From assembly GCA_041674205.1 (NCBI GenBank), contig JBAYWF010000002.1:46940-110939 (forward strand): DNA of 64,000 nt. The letters run 5' to 3'. The notes under the pieces were generated by a model. The model was not told the DNA's origin and ran no database searches. It saw only the letters and a program-made list of their open reading frames with translations. Of this stretch, positions 38,645 through 49,394 are shown one piece after another. Each line of letters opens with the position of its first letter. The stretch's first letter is position 1. The position numbers and the translations under genes are program-made. The stretch comes from Parcubacteria group bacterium (GTDB lineage: Bacteria; Patescibacteriota; Minisyncoccia; Moranbacterales; UBA2206).

Positions 38645-39295
38645 TTATTGGATTCCGACATTTTTAGCGATATCGCTCGCGACTTTTTCGATATCCCGCC
38701 CGCCGTCGATCCTGACTAAGACACCCTCTTCTTTATAAGCATTTATCACCGGCATGGTTTCTTCATTGAAGACTTGCAACCGCTTTTTGATCCCTTCGAC
38801 GGTATCGTCGACCCTATGCATGATTTCACCGCCGCAATCCGAACATCTGTCGGTTTCCTTCCGGATATCTTTCCCCATAATGAAAACTTTCTTGCAACCC
38901 TTGCATATCCTCCGGAAAGAAATCCTGCGGATAGATTCTTCACCTGGGATATCCACAAAAAAAACTTTATCGATCTTTCTGCCGAATTCCTTCAATGTTT
39001 CAGAAAAATATCCGGCTTGCTCGGAATTCCTCGGTACGCCGTCAAAGACGATGCCCTGTTCCCGCGGCATATCCGAAAGCCGCAAATGTACGATTTCCTT
39101 CAAGATACGGCTAGGTACGAGTTCTTTCCTGACATTGATGATTTCATGGATCTCCTTCCCGAGATCGCCATCCATCCTGGCTACCTGGCGCAATAATTTT
39201 CCCGTATCAAAATGATCCAAGCCGTATCTTTCGGCCAATATCCCGGCCTGAGTCCCCTTGCCACTACCCGCTTGTCCCAAGATGATGATATTCAA
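38645..39295 (-). CDS. adk: adenylate kinase (Zn-lid type)
   Basis: IILGQAGSGKGTQ, lid CKGCKK...CSDCGG. Confidence 0.9.
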   Translation of the reverse strand: MNIIILGQAGSGKGTQAGILAERYGLDHFDTGKLLRQVARMDGDLGKEIHEIINVRKELVPSRILKEIVHLRLSDMPREQGIVFDGVPRNSEQAGYFSETLKEFGRKIDKVFFVDIPGEESIRRISFRRICKGCKKVFIMGKDIRKETDRCSDCGGEIMHRVDDTVEGIKKRLQVFNEETMPVINAYKEEGVLVRIDGGRDIEKVASDIAKNVGIQ

Positions 39296-39389
39296 AAAAA
39301 TTATAATCTTCTAACGCCTTAAGATTCGGAAATCGAAACCTCAAGATCACTTACAAGATTAAAAATAAAAAATTAAATCCACGGGAGTT

Positions 39390-40685
39390 TTAGAATCCTT
39401 CGTAATCACGCATTACCAGCTGGCTCTCGATTTGCTTGACCGTTTCAATCACGACCGCCACCACGATCAACAATCCCGTTCCACCGATAGATACGGAACT
39501 CATACTGGTAAATCCCTGGACGATAAACGGCAGGATCGCGATCATTCCCAAAAATAAAGCACCGGATAGCGTTATACGATTGATGATCCCATACAAATAT
39601 TCAGCCGTGGTCTTGCCTGGCCTTATGCCGGGGATATAACCGCCCTGTTTCTGCAGGCTCTCGGAAATCTTATGCGGATCAAAAACCACGGCCGTATAAA
39701 AATAAGTGAAGGCGACCACCAGGATGAAATACATCGATCCATAGAAGACTTGGTTTTGGAAGACATTCCCGATACTCCTGGCTGCGCCCGCTATGGTCGG
39801 ATTGGAAGCCGAGGCCAGGAAATTCGCGATCATTCCCGGAAAAAGCATAATTGACATCGCGAAGATGATCGGAATCACTCCCGCCTGGTTGACCCGCAAC
39901 GGCAGATGGGTGGACGATCCTCCGAACATCTTGTTGCCACGGATCCTTTTCGCATAGGAAACCGGGATATTCCTTTGCCCCTCAGTCATAATGACCACGC
40001 CCGCGATAGCGGCGATAACCACCGCTCCTAATATAAGATAAGTGAAAAGTTGGGACGAATCGAAAGTCGCGGATATTTTAGACAGGCTGGATGGCAAGCC
40101 GGCTACGATTCCGGCAAAGATGATGAGTGAAACCCCGTTGCCGATTTTTTTCTCCGTAATCAGTTCTCCCAACCACATCAGGAAAATCGTTCCCGCCACC
40201 GCTACGGTGATGATGGAAAACATATCGAAACTGCTGAGCTGGCCCAGGATATTCTGCGAACGCAAAAGCGATATCATACCGAAAGTCTGCAAGGCCGCCA
40301 AAGGGACGGTCGCCCAGCGCGTCCACTGGTTGAATTTCTGCCGGCCGGCTTCACCCTCTTCCTTGTATATCTGCTCCAATCTCGGAACGATCATAGTCAA
40401 AAGCTGCATAATGATCGAACCGGTGATATACGGTCCGACGCCCAGCATAACGATCGATATGCTGGATAAGCCTCCGCCGGAAAACAGATTCAAGAGACCG
40501 AAAAACTGGTTATCACTGAAAAAATTCTTTAACTGTTCCTGATTCACACCCGGAACCGGAATGGATGCGATCAAGCGGAAAATAATGAAAATTCCCAGGA
40601 TGAATAGGATCTTATTGCGCAATTCCTTGACCTTGAAAATTTGAGATATTTTTTCTAGCATATTTTTTACCGCCCGAAAAGGCAT
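39390..40685 (-). CDS. secY: preprotein translocase SecY
   Basis: 431 aa, 10 TM, SecY signatures. Confidence 0.95.
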   Translation of the reverse strand: MPFRAVKNMLEKISQIFKVKELRNKILFILGIFIIFRLIASIPVPGVNQEQLKNFFSDNQFFGLLNLFSGGGLSSISIVMLGVGPYITGSIIMQLLTMIVPRLEQIYKEEGEAGRQKFNQWTRWATVPLAALQTFGMISLLRSQNILGQLSSFDMFSIITVAVAGTIFLMWLGELITEKKIGNGVSLIIFAGIVAGLPSSLSKISATFDSSQLFTYLILGAVVIAAIAGVVIMTEGQRNIPVSYAKRIRGNKMFGGSSTHLPLRVNQAGVIPIIFAMSIMLFPGMIANFLASASNPTIAGAARSIGNVFQNQVFYGSMYFILVVAFTYFYTAVVFDPHKISESLQKQGGYIPGIRPGKTTAEYLYGIINRITLSGALFLGMIAILPFIVQGFTSMSSVSIGGTGLLIVVAVVIETVKQIESQLVMRDYEGF

Positions 40686-40751
40686 TTCTTATTATTTTAA
40701 AAATAAAAGGGGGACTTTCGCCACCCTTTCATTATACATCATCATTCGATA

Positions 40752-41201
40752 TTATTCCACTTTGCCGCCAGCCGCCTCAATCGATTTTTTGGCTTGCGCA
40801 CTAAGCAGGATTCCCTTTGCGATTGTCAATTTAGCCTTGATTTCAGTGTTTCCCAAAATCTTCACCCGCGAAACGGATTGGATCTTGCGGATAAGTCCCG
40901 CCTTGACCAAATCAGCCAAAGCCACCGTATCCCCCGTCTTGAATTTATTTTCCAAATCAACCAAATCGACGGTGACCGGCTTATCAGCGATAGTGGTGAA
41001 TCCCCGCTTTTTCTTCATATGGTCGATCAAGGTCGATCGTCCTCCTTCAAAAAGGGGATTTATCTTACAACCGCTGCGCGCCTTCTGGCCCTTATTGCCC
41101 TTTCCGGAATAAGTCCCCTTTTTACCGCCGCGTCCGATAGTCCGCCGCTTCTTTCTGGCAGTTTTAAGTTTTAACGTATTTATCTGCATATATTTTAGCA
41201 A
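40752..41201 (-). CDS. rplO: 50S ribosomal protein L15
   Basis: family match. Confidence 0.9.
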   Translation of the reverse strand: MLKYMQINTLKLKTARKKRRTIGRGGKKGTYSGKGNKGQKARSGCKINPLFEGGRSTLIDHMKKKRGFTTIADKPVTVDLVDLENKFKTGDTVALADLVKAGLIRKIQSVSRVKILGNTEIKAKLTIAKGILLSAQAKKSIEAAGGKVE

Positions 41202-41249
41202 GCCGTAACTAGTGACTCGCGACTAGTATCCGGGATTTATGTTTACTGA

Positions 41250-41756
41250 TTACTGGGTTGCCGCGGCCACTCTTTCTTTTCTGGTTCTGGCTTGGCTCAA
41301 AGTCGCTAGCGCCTCGACAGCCGCCCTAGCTACGCTCAATTTATTCGCCGTCCCTAATGATTTGGAAACGATATCCTTGATTCCGGAAAATTCCACCACC
41401 ACGCGTACCGCCCCGCCCGCAATGATTCCCCGTCCTTCGACTGCCGGCTTCAGGATTATCTTCGCGCTGCGCGATTTATAATTGATATCATGCGCGATCG
41501 TGTTCTTCGTCATCTTGACGGTAACCAGATTCTTTTTAGCGTCATCGAAAGCCTTGCGAATAGCATCGGAAACATCAGATCCCTTTCCCACGCCCACTCC
41601 CACTTTGCCCTTCCTGTTGCCGATTACCAAAGTCGCCCGGAACCGGAACCGCCTTCCGCCCTTGACTACGCGGGTTACGCGCGCAAGGTCAAGCAGTTTC
41701 TGATCGAACTCAGGCTTTTCTTTTTTCCCTTTGAAATTTTTATTGTCCCTTGCCAT
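41250..41756 (-). CDS. rpsE: 30S ribosomal protein S5
   Basis: family match. Confidence 0.95.
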   Translation of the reverse strand: MARDNKNFKGKKEKPEFDQKLLDLARVTRVVKGGRRFRFRATLVIGNRKGKVGVGVGKGSDVSDAIRKAFDDAKKNLVTVKMTKNTIAHDINYKSRSAKIILKPAVEGRGIIAGGAVRVVVEFSGIKDIVSKSLGTANKLSVARAAVEALATLSQARTRKERVAAATQ

Positions 41757-41822
41757 AATGTTATGAATCCCTTATTAATCCTAAATTTATCCGCTAATTA
41801 TCTTTAGTATTTTTAAATTTTA

Positions 41823-42170
41823 TTAGAATTTAAGCCCGGCTGCACGCGCACCTTCCGCCAAAGCTTTTATTTTTCCATGATATTTATAACCTGATCTGTC
41901 AAAAACGACTTTTTCAATCTTTTTATCCAAACATTTTTCCGCTATCAACTTACCCAATCCATTCGCGCCATCGACGCTGTTTTTTCCTTTAGCATCAAGC
42001 AGGCTCGCGGCAACAAGAGTCTTGCCGGCAGAATCATCGATCACCTGTGCACTGACATTCCGCAAGCTCCTAAAGACAGCCAGTCTTGGCATTTCAGAAG
42101 TGCCTGAAAGCTTAGCCCGTATCCTGCGCTTCCGATGTAATCTTATTTGATTTCTGCTTAATTTTTTCAT
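41823..42170 (-). CDS. rplR: 50S ribosomal protein L18
   Basis: family match. Confidence 0.9.
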   Translation of the reverse strand: MKKLSRNQIRLHRKRRIRAKLSGTSEMPRLAVFRSLRNVSAQVIDDSAGKTLVAASLLDAKGKNSVDGANGLGKLIAEKCLDKKIEKVVFDRSGYKYHGKIKALAEGARAAGLKF

Positions 42171-42216
42171 ATATCTTATAAATATGTCTATTTAACCTTG
42201 TTGATCTGTTTAAGTC

Positions 42217-42759
42217 TTATTTGGACGCGGCTTTCTTTCCAGCCTTCCTTCTTACGTGTTCACCGACGTAGCGGAACCCTTTCCCCTTATACGGCTCGAC
42301 CGGTTTCAATCTCCGGATTTCAGCTGCGAATTGGCCGACTGCTTGCTTATCGATGCCGGATATGGCTAAAAAACCCTCTTCGATCTTAGCTTCCAAGCCC
42401 TCCGGTACATCCACGTTTACAGGATGGGAAAAACCCAGAGCCATATTTATTTTCCGACCTGCCACCGCCATACGGTAGCCGACACCCTGCAACTCCAATT
42501 TCTTCACATAAACTTCCTTCACCCCATCGATCATATTGCTGATAAGCGCACGGGTCAATCCCCAGATAGCCGGAGCCTTCTTCGTTTTTCCGATATTCTT
42601 GACCGAAATTTCTTTCTCAGTCATCTCTAAAGCGACCTCACGATTGAGTACCAACTCAAGGGAACCCTTAGGCCCCTTAACCTCGAGTTTATTACCCTGA
42701 TTGAGGGTCACGGCGACTCCTTCCGGGATAGTTATGATTTTTTTACCTATTCTACTCAT
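42217..42759 (-). CDS. rplF: 50S ribosomal protein L6
   Basis: family match. Confidence 0.95.
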   Translation of the reverse strand: MSRIGKKIITIPEGVAVTLNQGNKLEVKGPKGSLELVLNREVALEMTEKEISVKNIGKTKKAPAIWGLTRALISNMIDGVKEVYVKKLELQGVGYRMAVAGRKINMALGFSHPVNVDVPEGLEAKIEEGFLAISGIDKQAVGQFAAEIRRLKPVEPYKGKGFRYVGEHVRRKAGKKAASK

Positions 42760-42806
42760 ATGTTTAAATGCGCCTTATCGGCTTTATGCGTCCTATATTT
42801 TATTAA

Positions 42807-43211
42807 TTACCAGACTTCACAAACAACCTCTCCGCCCAAGCCCTGTTTTCTCGCTTCAAAGCCAGTCATAACGCCCTTCGGAGTGGAAATAATGGAAATA
42901 CCGAAATTATTCTTAACCGACCTGATGTCTTTGCTTTTGACATAAATCCGCTGGCCTTCCTTGCTTACCCGCTTGATTTCCTTGATAGCAGGCAACTTCT
43001 TAGTATTGGAAACCCGATGGTATTTCAATTCGATTTTCATATTTTCAATCATATCAGCCTTTTCCTTCGCAACCGCCGCCACAAAACCTTCCTTCTCAAG
43101 GATCTTCGCGATAGCCAATTTCAACTTGGATGCGCCGACAACGACATCCTGATGCCCCGCTTGTTGGGCATTCCTTATTCTGGTCAACATTTCCGCTATA
43201 GGATCTAACAT
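42807..43211 (-). CDS. rpsH: 30S ribosomal protein S8
   Basis: family match. Confidence 0.95.
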   Translation of the reverse strand: MLDPIAEMLTRIRNAQQAGHQDVVVGASKLKLAIAKILEKEGFVAAVAKEKADMIENMKIELKYHRVSNTKKLPAIKEIKRVSKEGQRIYVKSKDIRSVKNNFGISIISTPKGVMTGFEARKQGLGGEVVCEVW

Positions 43212-43284
43212 AATTTTTCGCTTAGTTATTGGTTCACTGCCAATATTTTTTATTTATTGGCTGATAACGATTAACATTTATAAT

Positions 43285-43470
43285 TTACCAACTCGACTTC
43301 TTTACGCCTGGAATCTGGCCCGTGCTCGCTAGCTCCCTGAAACAAATCCTGCAGATATCAAACGCCCGCATATATCCATGTTTCCTCCCGCATCTCCAAC
43401 ACCGCTTCACCTCCCGAGTTGAAAATTTCGGTGTTTTTCGAGCTCTAGCTTCAACAGATTTTTTCGCCAT
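43285..43470 (-). CDS. rpsZ: 30S ribosomal protein S14 type Z (zinc)
   Basis: 61 aa, CWRCGRK...CRICFRE. Confidence 0.95.
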   Translation of the reverse strand: MAKKSVEARARKTPKFSTREVKRCWRCGRKHGYMRAFDICRICFRELASTGQIPGVKKSSW

Positions 43471-43514
43471 ATCATTTTAAAACTTAATTCTAATTTTCCC
43501 CTATTATATTATTT

Positions 43515-44060
43515 TTAGTCTTTTTTAAATGGGAATCCCATCAATCTGAACAATTCCAGTCCTTCTTTCCGATTCTTGGCAGTCGTAGTGATATTAATCT
43601 GGAACCCGACGATATTTTTTACGTTTTCTGCCATAATTTCAGGGAATATCGTGTGTTCTTTGATGCCTAGATTGAAATTTCCACCAGCATCGACTGTCGA
43701 TTCCTTAATTCCTTGGAAGTCCCGCACGCGAGGTATGGCCGATCTGACCAATTTTTCAATGAAATCCCACTTTCTTTTCCCCCGCAAGGTGACTTTGATT
43801 CCGACTTCTTGCCCTTCGCGCACTTTGAATCCCGCGATTGACTTCTTAGCCTGGGTCATAACCGGCTTTTGCCCCGTAATCGCCACTATGGTCTTCTTCA
43901 CATCATCAACCAATCCTGAGTCTTTGATAAATTTGCCGATTCCGACATTGATCACGACTTTTTCAATCCTTGGCACCTGCAAGACGCTCTTAAAACCGAA
44001 AAGTTTCTTCATTTCAACCGCAACTTCTTTATTATATTTACTTTTGATTGATTCGTACAT
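43515..44060 (-). CDS. rplE: 50S ribosomal protein L5 (start at MYESIKSKY; ORF extends to 44174)
   Basis: family match; upstream ORF extension overlaps rplX. Confidence 0.9.
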   Translation of the reverse strand: MYESIKSKYNKEVAVEMKKLFGFKSVLQVPRIEKVVINVGIGKFIKDSGLVDDVKKTIVAITGQKPVMTQAKKSIAGFKVREGQEVGIKVTLRGKRKWDFIEKLVRSAIPRVRDFQGIKESTVDAGGNFNLGIKEHTIFPEIMAENVKNIVGFQINITTTAKNRKEGLELFRLMGFPFKKD

Positions 44061-44067
44061 ATTTTTC

Positions 44068-44373
44068 TTATAATTCCGCTTTACATTGTTTACAAATCCT
44101 AAATTTATTCTTTTCCGTAACGCTATATCCGACTCGGGTAGGTTTTCCGCATTTAGGACAAACCAGCATGACATTGGAAATATCGGCCTTGCCGGGAATT
44201 TCTATCCGCTGTCCGCGTTCGCCTTCCTTCCTGGGTTTGACATGTTTTTTCACTATATTCACGCCTTCCACCACGATCTTGTTTTCAGCGGAAATAACCC
44301 GCAAGACCTTGCCGGTTTTCCCCCGGTCTTTGCCTGCCAATATCTTAACTTGATCATTTTTCTTAATTTTCAT
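44068..44373 (-). CDS. rplX: 50S ribosomal protein L24
   Basis: KOW motif. Confidence 0.9.
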   Translation of the reverse strand: MKIKKNDQVKILAGKDRGKTGKVLRVISAENKIVVEGVNIVKKHVKPRKEGERGQRIEIPGKADISNVMLVCPKCGKPTRVGYSVTEKNKFRICKQCKAEL

Positions 44374-44407
44374 AAATATGTCTTATGCCCTATTATTCCT
44401 AAAAAAA

Positions 44408-44773
44408 TTACAATACTTCAGGGGCCAATGAAATTATCTTACTGTATCCTTTTTCCCTGATCTCTCTGGCAATCGGACCGAAAATACGGGTTCCTTTAGG
44501 TTCCTTCCCATCCAAAATCACAGCCGCATTCTCATCAAACCTGATATAGGTACCGTCCTTCCGCCTGATCGCTTTGACTTGGCGGACGATAACAGCCTTC
44601 ACTTTTTCTCCTTTCTTTACCAATCCTCGCGGTTCCGCTGACTTGACTGAAGCGACGACTATGTCGCCGATTTGCGCATATCTCTTCTTCGAACCGCCAA
44701 GAACCTTGAAGCATTTCATAATTTTTGCTCCGGAATTATCAGCTGATTTCAATATTGTCTCTGCTTGTATCAT
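44408..44773 (-). CDS. rplN: 50S ribosomal protein L14
   Basis: [17 protein letters not shown]. Confidence 0.95.
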   Translation of the reverse strand: MIQAETILKSADNSGAKIMKCFKVLGGSKKRYAQIGDIVVASVKSAEPRGLVKKGEKVKAVIVRQVKAIRRKDGTYIRFDENAAVILDGKEPKGTRIFGPIAREIREKGYSKIISLAPEVL

Positions 44774-44857
44774 ATTTTTTCTTAAAACCTGGAACCTATA
44801 ATCCGAAACCGTTTATGCAAATTTATTTTGCGGGTTGCGGATTGCGGGTTGCGGGAT

Positions 44858-45106
44858 CTATACTACTTTATAACGCTTATCCTTACTCATCGGCTTGCAT
44901 GGGATTATCTCGACGACATCGCCTGTCTTATATCTGCCATCTTCATCATGCGCCTTATACCGTTTGGTCGATTTATATTTTTTGTGGTATTTCGGATGGG
45001 TTTTAAAGCTATCCACAGCCACAACGACCGTCTTTGCCATCTTATCGCTGACGACTACGCCCTTTTTCTTGATAATTATCTTGCCTTGCTCTAAATTCTT
45101 TTCCAT
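44858..45106 (-). CDS. rpsQ: 30S ribosomal protein S17
   Basis: family match. Confidence 0.9.
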   Translation of the reverse strand: MEKNLEQGKIIIKKKGVVVSDKMAKTVVVAVDSFKTHPKYHKKYKSTKRYKAHDEDGRYKTGDVVEIIPCKPMSKDKRYKVV

Positions 45107-45117
45107 TTTTTTAAAAA

Positions 45118-45303
45118 CTACTTAGTTTCCTTAAGGATAGTTAAAATCTTCGCTATATCCCGCTTATAATTCCTCATTTCCCGGATATTCTTAACTTGTT
45201 TCGCAGCAATATCAAAACGCAGCTTCCTCACAGCCTCCCGTTTTTCACTTAGGAACTTTTTCAATTCCTCCATGCTTTTTTCCCGTATCTCCTTTATTTT
45301 CAT
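45118..45303 (-). CDS. rpmC: 50S ribosomal protein L29
   Basis: family match. Confidence 0.85.
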   Translation of the reverse strand: MKIKEIREKSMEELKKFLSEKREAVRKLRFDIAAKQVKNIREMRNYKRDIAKILTILKETK

Positions 45304-45329
45304 AATATTGCAAACTTACTTTTTCTTAT

Positions 45330-45746
45330 TTATTCCTGATCTTTAGCGATAAATTTCGACTTGACGCACAGTTTGTATGCCGCCAACTCCATGGCCTTCC
45401 TGGCGATATCATCTTTCACGCCATCCATTTCAAACATAATGCGGCCCGGCCTCACAACCGCCACGAAATGATCAACCGTTCCTTTTCCTTTACCCATAGG
45501 AACCTCAGAGCCTTTCTTGGTAATTGATTTGTCCGGGAAAATCCTGATCCAGATCTTTCCGCCCCGTTGTACGTATCTTGTCATAGCTCTCCGGGCCGAT
45601 TCGATTTGGCGGGCGGAAACAAGCCCCGTCTCCAAAGCTTTCAATCCGAAACTTCCGAAACTGACTGAATTTCCCCGGTTTGAATTGCCGCGGATCCTTC
45701 CGCCTCTCTGGACTTTCCTATGCTTTACTTTTTTTGGCATTAACAT
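45330..45746 (-). CDS. rplP: 50S ribosomal protein L16
   Basis: [11 protein letters not shown]. Confidence 0.95.
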   Translation of the reverse strand: MLMPKKVKHRKVQRGGRIRGNSNRGNSVSFGSFGLKALETGLVSARQIESARRAMTRYVQRGGKIWIRIFPDKSITKKGSEVPMGKGKGTVDHFVAVVRPGRIMFEMDGVKDDIARKAMELAAYKLCVKSKFIAKDQE

Positions 45747-45776
45747 ATGCGTGTTCTATTCTATGATCTATGTTTA

Positions 45777-46436
45777 TTATTTCTTTTCCTCGTTATTGAA
45801 TACTTCACCCTTATACAACCAGACCTTCACTCCCAATGTCCCGTAGGTCGTATAGGCGGTCGCTCTGGCGAAATCAATGTTAGCGCGCAAGGTATGCAAT
45901 GGCAACGTGCCTTTGCTTGACCATTCCCTCCGGGCCATCTCAGCTCCTCCCAACCGGCCGGACATCTCGATTTTCACTCCCTTGATTGCGGTATTTTTCG
46001 TAACCTGGTCAAGCATCGATTTCATCGCCCGCCTGAAAGCGATCCGTTTCTCCAATTGTTCGGCGATATTCTGCGCGATAAGCAAGGCGTTTTCTTCGAA
46101 ATTCTTAATTTCCTGGATCTCGATTTTCAGAGTAGTCTTCTTATGTTTGAAAAAATTGGTTTTTACATAATTCTGGATATCCTCGACTCCGCTTCCCCCT
46201 CGACCGATCAAAACACCTGGGCGGGCGGTCTTGATAATAACCCGGATCATCGCGGCCGATCTTTCGATTTCCACTTCGGCGATCGCGGCGGCCTTCCACT
46301 TTTTCATAATCGCGGACCGCAACTCGATATCTTGTCGAAGATTATCTTTATATTCTTTTTTTCCCCCGAACCATTTGGACTTCCACGTATTCGTGATGCC
46401 TATTCGGAGCCCGACCGGGTTTACTTTGTGTCCCAT
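45777..46436 (-). CDS. rpsC: 30S ribosomal protein S3
   Basis: MGHKVNPVGLRIG. Confidence 0.95.
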   Translation of the reverse strand: MGHKVNPVGLRIGITNTWKSKWFGGKKEYKDNLRQDIELRSAIMKKWKAAAIAEVEIERSAAMIRVIIKTARPGVLIGRGGSGVEDIQNYVKTNFFKHKKTTLKIEIQEIKNFEENALLIAQNIAEQLEKRIAFRRAMKSMLDQVTKNTAIKGVKIEMSGRLGGAEMARREWSSKGTLPLHTLRANIDFARATAYTTYGTLGVKVWLYKGEVFNNEEKK

Positions 46437-46484
46437 AAATTCAATAATTTAAAATTTGAAATTTGAAATTTAAAACTTCCAACT
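46437..46484. repeat. AT-rich GAAATTT tandem repeat inside S10 operon (rpsC-rplV gap)
   Basis: aatttaaaatttgaaatttgaaatttaaaac. Confidence 0.5.
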
Positions 46485-47057
46485 TTACATTCCGGATTTT
46501 CTTCTGAAAATCTTGTTCGCCCATCCGGCGTTCGGCGCTTCAGCGGACTTCTTTATTTTGCCGCCTTCTTTCACCTTCAGTTCCTTGCCCACACCTTCGG
46601 CCTTGGCGACTTCTTCGGATTCTTTCTTGCTGGCAAGCATTTCCTTTTCCGCTTTTTTCTTAGCATCCAATCGCGTCTTTTTTTCTTTTTCCAATTGTTC
46701 CTTGGTTTTCCTATTCTTGCCTTCAACCCGTTCTTCCACGACTATTTCCATCTGGGTCGATCTTTTCCTGATCGGTGTCGCCCGTCCATACGCTTTCGGC
46801 ATCCAACGCTTCAAAGTGATGCCTTCTTTAACGACCACATCCGAAACATACATATTATCCCTATCGATACCGAAATTATTTTCCCCGTTGGCGATAGCGC
46901 TTTCCAACAATTTGATGATGAACGGACTGGTCTTTTTGACTGTCGCATCCAATTGATCCAAAGCGTCCTTCACATCCATCCCGATAATAAGATCGGCCAC
47001 CAATTTGACTTTGCGGTTCGGCATCCTTAAATTGTTTAATTTTGCTGATACTTTCAT
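46485..47057 (-). CDS. rplV: 50S ribosomal protein L22 with K/E-rich C-terminal extension
   Basis: L22 core plus ~70 aa charged tail. Confidence 0.9.
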   Translation of the reverse strand: MKVSAKLNNLRMPNRKVKLVADLIIGMDVKDALDQLDATVKKTSPFIIKLLESAIANGENNFGIDRDNMYVSDVVVKEGITLKRWMPKAYGRATPIRKRSTQMEIVVEERVEGKNRKTKEQLEKEKKTRLDAKKKAEKEMLASKKESEEVAKAEGVGKELKVKEGGKIKKSAEAPNAGWANKIFRRKSGM

Positions 47058-47098
47058 AAATATGTCTTATATGCGTCTTATCGATCTATTTTTAAGTC

Positions 47099-47443
47099 TT
47101 ATTTTTTCTTGGCATCGCCACCGGCCTTGACAGCCTTAGCCGCATCAAGCTCTTTCTGTTTGGCGGCCTGTTCGATTTCTTTCTGCATCTTTCCTCCGTG
47201 TTTGGAGAAAGTCCTGGTCGGCGAGAACTCACCGAACTTGTGGCCGACCATCTCCTCTGTCACGAAAACCGGAATGTGCTTCCTGCCGTTATGGACACCG
47301 AAAGTCAATCCGATCATTTCAGGGGAAATAGCGCTGTAGCGGGCCCAGATATTCATCGTTGATTTATCCCCAGCCGGCCTGTTTTGGATTTTCTTGATTA
47401 TCCGGCTATCTACGAATATTCCTTTTTTTAGACTTCTTGTCAT
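47099..47443 (-). CDS. rpsS: 30S ribosomal protein S19 with short K/A-rich C-terminal tail
   Basis: family match. Confidence 0.95.
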   Translation of the reverse strand: MTRSLKKGIFVDSRIIKKIQNRPAGDKSTMNIWARYSAISPEMIGLTFGVHNGRKHIPVFVTEEMVGHKFGEFSPTRTFSKHGGKMQKEIEQAAKQKELDAAKAVKAGGDAKKK

Positions 47444-47480
47444 TATTTTATAAATCTCTAATTAACCTTCGATTTGCTTC

Positions 47481-48314
47481 TTATTTCCGCTTCTGTCTTC
47501 GCTTGATTATGAACTTATTGCTATAAAGCTTCTTCTTGCGGGTTTTCTTTCCGAGCGCCGGCTTGCCCCAAGGGGTTTTCGGATGCTTCAGTCCGATTCC
47601 CTGACGGCCTTCGCCTCCTCCATGCGGATGGTCGACCGGATTCATAACCGTACCGCGGACGGACGGCCTCACTCCCATATGCCGCTTGCGTCCCGCCTTG
47701 CCGATATTTACTGCGTTATGTTCAAAATTGCTCACTTGTCCAACTGTAGCATAACATTCGCTGTTGACCAACCTGATTTCACCGGATGGCATTTTCACCT
47801 GCGCGGTCTTTTCTTCGACCGCCGTCAGGATCGCGCTTGATCCGGCGCCTCTTACGATTTGGCCGCCCTTACCAGGAAATAATTCCAAATTACAAATAGT
47901 CGTACCGGTCGGGATATTTTTAACTTGTGTCCGATTGCCTAATTTGATCGGCGCGGTCGGGGAAGTTAAAATTTCCATACCTGTCTTCATTCCCTCGGAA
48001 GCCAAAATATAACGTTTCTCTCCATCTTTGTAGTGGACCAAGGCGATGAAAGACGATCTGTTCGGATCCCGCTCGATAGCCGCGATTTTTCCAGGCACCT
48101 CCAACTTATCCTGTTTGAAATCGATGATCCGATATCTTCTTTTGGCTCCCCCACCTTGATGGCGGACGGAAATCTTGCCGTGTGACCGGCCAGCCTTGCT
48201 TTTTATCGGGGACAACAGCGATTTTTCAGGTTTTTTTCCGGAAACATCGGCCGATTTGACAATCGACATATTCCTTCGTCCGGCGTTATTCTTTTTGTAT
48301 ACTTTGATTGCCAT
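47481..48314 (-). CDS. rplB: 50S ribosomal protein L2
   Basis: family match. Confidence 0.95.
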   Translation of the reverse strand: MAIKVYKKNNAGRRNMSIVKSADVSGKKPEKSLLSPIKSKAGRSHGKISVRHQGGGAKRRYRIIDFKQDKLEVPGKIAAIERDPNRSSFIALVHYKDGEKRYILASEGMKTGMEILTSPTAPIKLGNRTQVKNIPTGTTICNLELFPGKGGQIVRGAGSSAILTAVEEKTAQVKMPSGEIRLVNSECYATVGQVSNFEHNAVNIGKAGRKRHMGVRPSVRGTVMNPVDHPHGGGEGRQGIGLKHPKTPWGKPALGKKTRKKKLYSNKFIIKRRQKRK

Positions 48315-48369
48315 AATATTCGCTTCGCTAAATTTTAAATCTGAAATTCAAAATTTTTAATTATTTTTA
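48315..48369. repeat. AT-rich repeat inside S10 operon (rplB-rplW gap)
   Basis: ctaaattttaaatctgaaattcaaaatttttaattattttt. Confidence 0.5.
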
Positions 48370-48714
48370 CTATACGCCCTTGAATAATTCGATCGAATCG
48401 CCCGCTTTCAATGTCACGATCGCTTTCTTACTGCCTGCCTTGAATCCCGGAGTCCGGCCGTAGCTTACGGCTCGTCGTCGGTTATTCAGGGTATTCACGG
48501 AAATAACTTTCACTTTATATAATTCCTCGATAGCTGACTTGATCTGAATCTTTGTCGCGTCCACCGCCACCTTGAACGAATACTTATTAAGTTCGATAGC
48601 GATAGTGGCCGCCTCGGTGATGATCGGTTCGATTAAAACCCGGTACGCGATGCTGCTTGCGCCCGCCTTGTCGATCTTATTGGCCTTATTGGCTTTTTTA
48701 CTTGTCTGTTTCAT
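48370..48714 (-). CDS. rplW: 50S ribosomal protein L23
   Basis: family match. Confidence 0.9.
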   Translation of the reverse strand: MKQTSKKANKANKIDKAGASSIAYRVLIEPIITEAATIAIELNKYSFKVAVDATKIQIKSAIEELYKVKVISVNTLNNRRRAVSYGRTPGFKAGSKKAIVTLKAGDSIELFKGV

Positions 48715-48753
48715 TTCGTTTAATCTCTGTGATAAAATAAATTGCGCGGTTTA

Positions 48754-49389
48754 TTATGCCTTAGCTTGGTATTTGTCTTCCAAATATTTGATCGAATCCT
48801 GGCTCAAAACCAGGTTCTTATTATTCAACATATCCAAAACGTTCAATTTTTCAACTAAGATATTATTGACTTTTTCAATGTTCCGGCTATATGCGCGCAA
48901 GCCTCTTTCTCCCGCGGAAAATCCGATCAGCATCCGTCCCTTGATTTCCAAATTTTTCAAAATCCGCGCCATCTCCTTGGTCTTATTCTCCTTCAGCGAC
49001 AGCTTATCCAAAACGACCATCTCGCCGTCCCGCAACTTCGCGCTCAATACGGTCGCGATAGCCTTGGTATTCATCTTTTTGTTGATTTTTTTCTTGAAAT
49101 TCCGTTCATTGGTCGGTCCGAAGGCCACCCCTCCACCTCTCCAAGTCGGAGTCCGGCTGGAACCTACCCGGGCGCGTCCGGTGCCTTTCTGTTTCCACGG
49201 TTTGATACCTGATCCGGATCGCTCACCCCTGGTCTTAGTATGGGCCAGCACTTGCCTTTGGTTGGCTCCCAACGAAACGAACACTTGGTGAACCAAATCA
49301 TCATTCGCCGGCAATCCGAAAACCGCGTCAGATATCTCAATCTCCTTCACTTCTTTACCTTCAACGTTATATAGTTTGACCTTAGCCAT
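48754..49389 (-). CDS. rplD: 50S ribosomal protein L4
   Basis: family match. Confidence 0.95.
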   Translation of the reverse strand: MAKVKLYNVEGKEVKEIEISDAVFGLPANDDLVHQVFVSLGANQRQVLAHTKTRGERSGSGIKPWKQKGTGRARVGSSRTPTWRGGGVAFGPTNERNFKKKINKKMNTKAIATVLSAKLRDGEMVVLDKLSLKENKTKEMARILKNLEIKGRMLIGFSAGERGLRAYSRNIEKVNNILVEKLNVLDMLNNKNLVLSQDSIKYLEDKYQAKA

Positions 49390-49394
49390 TGTTT

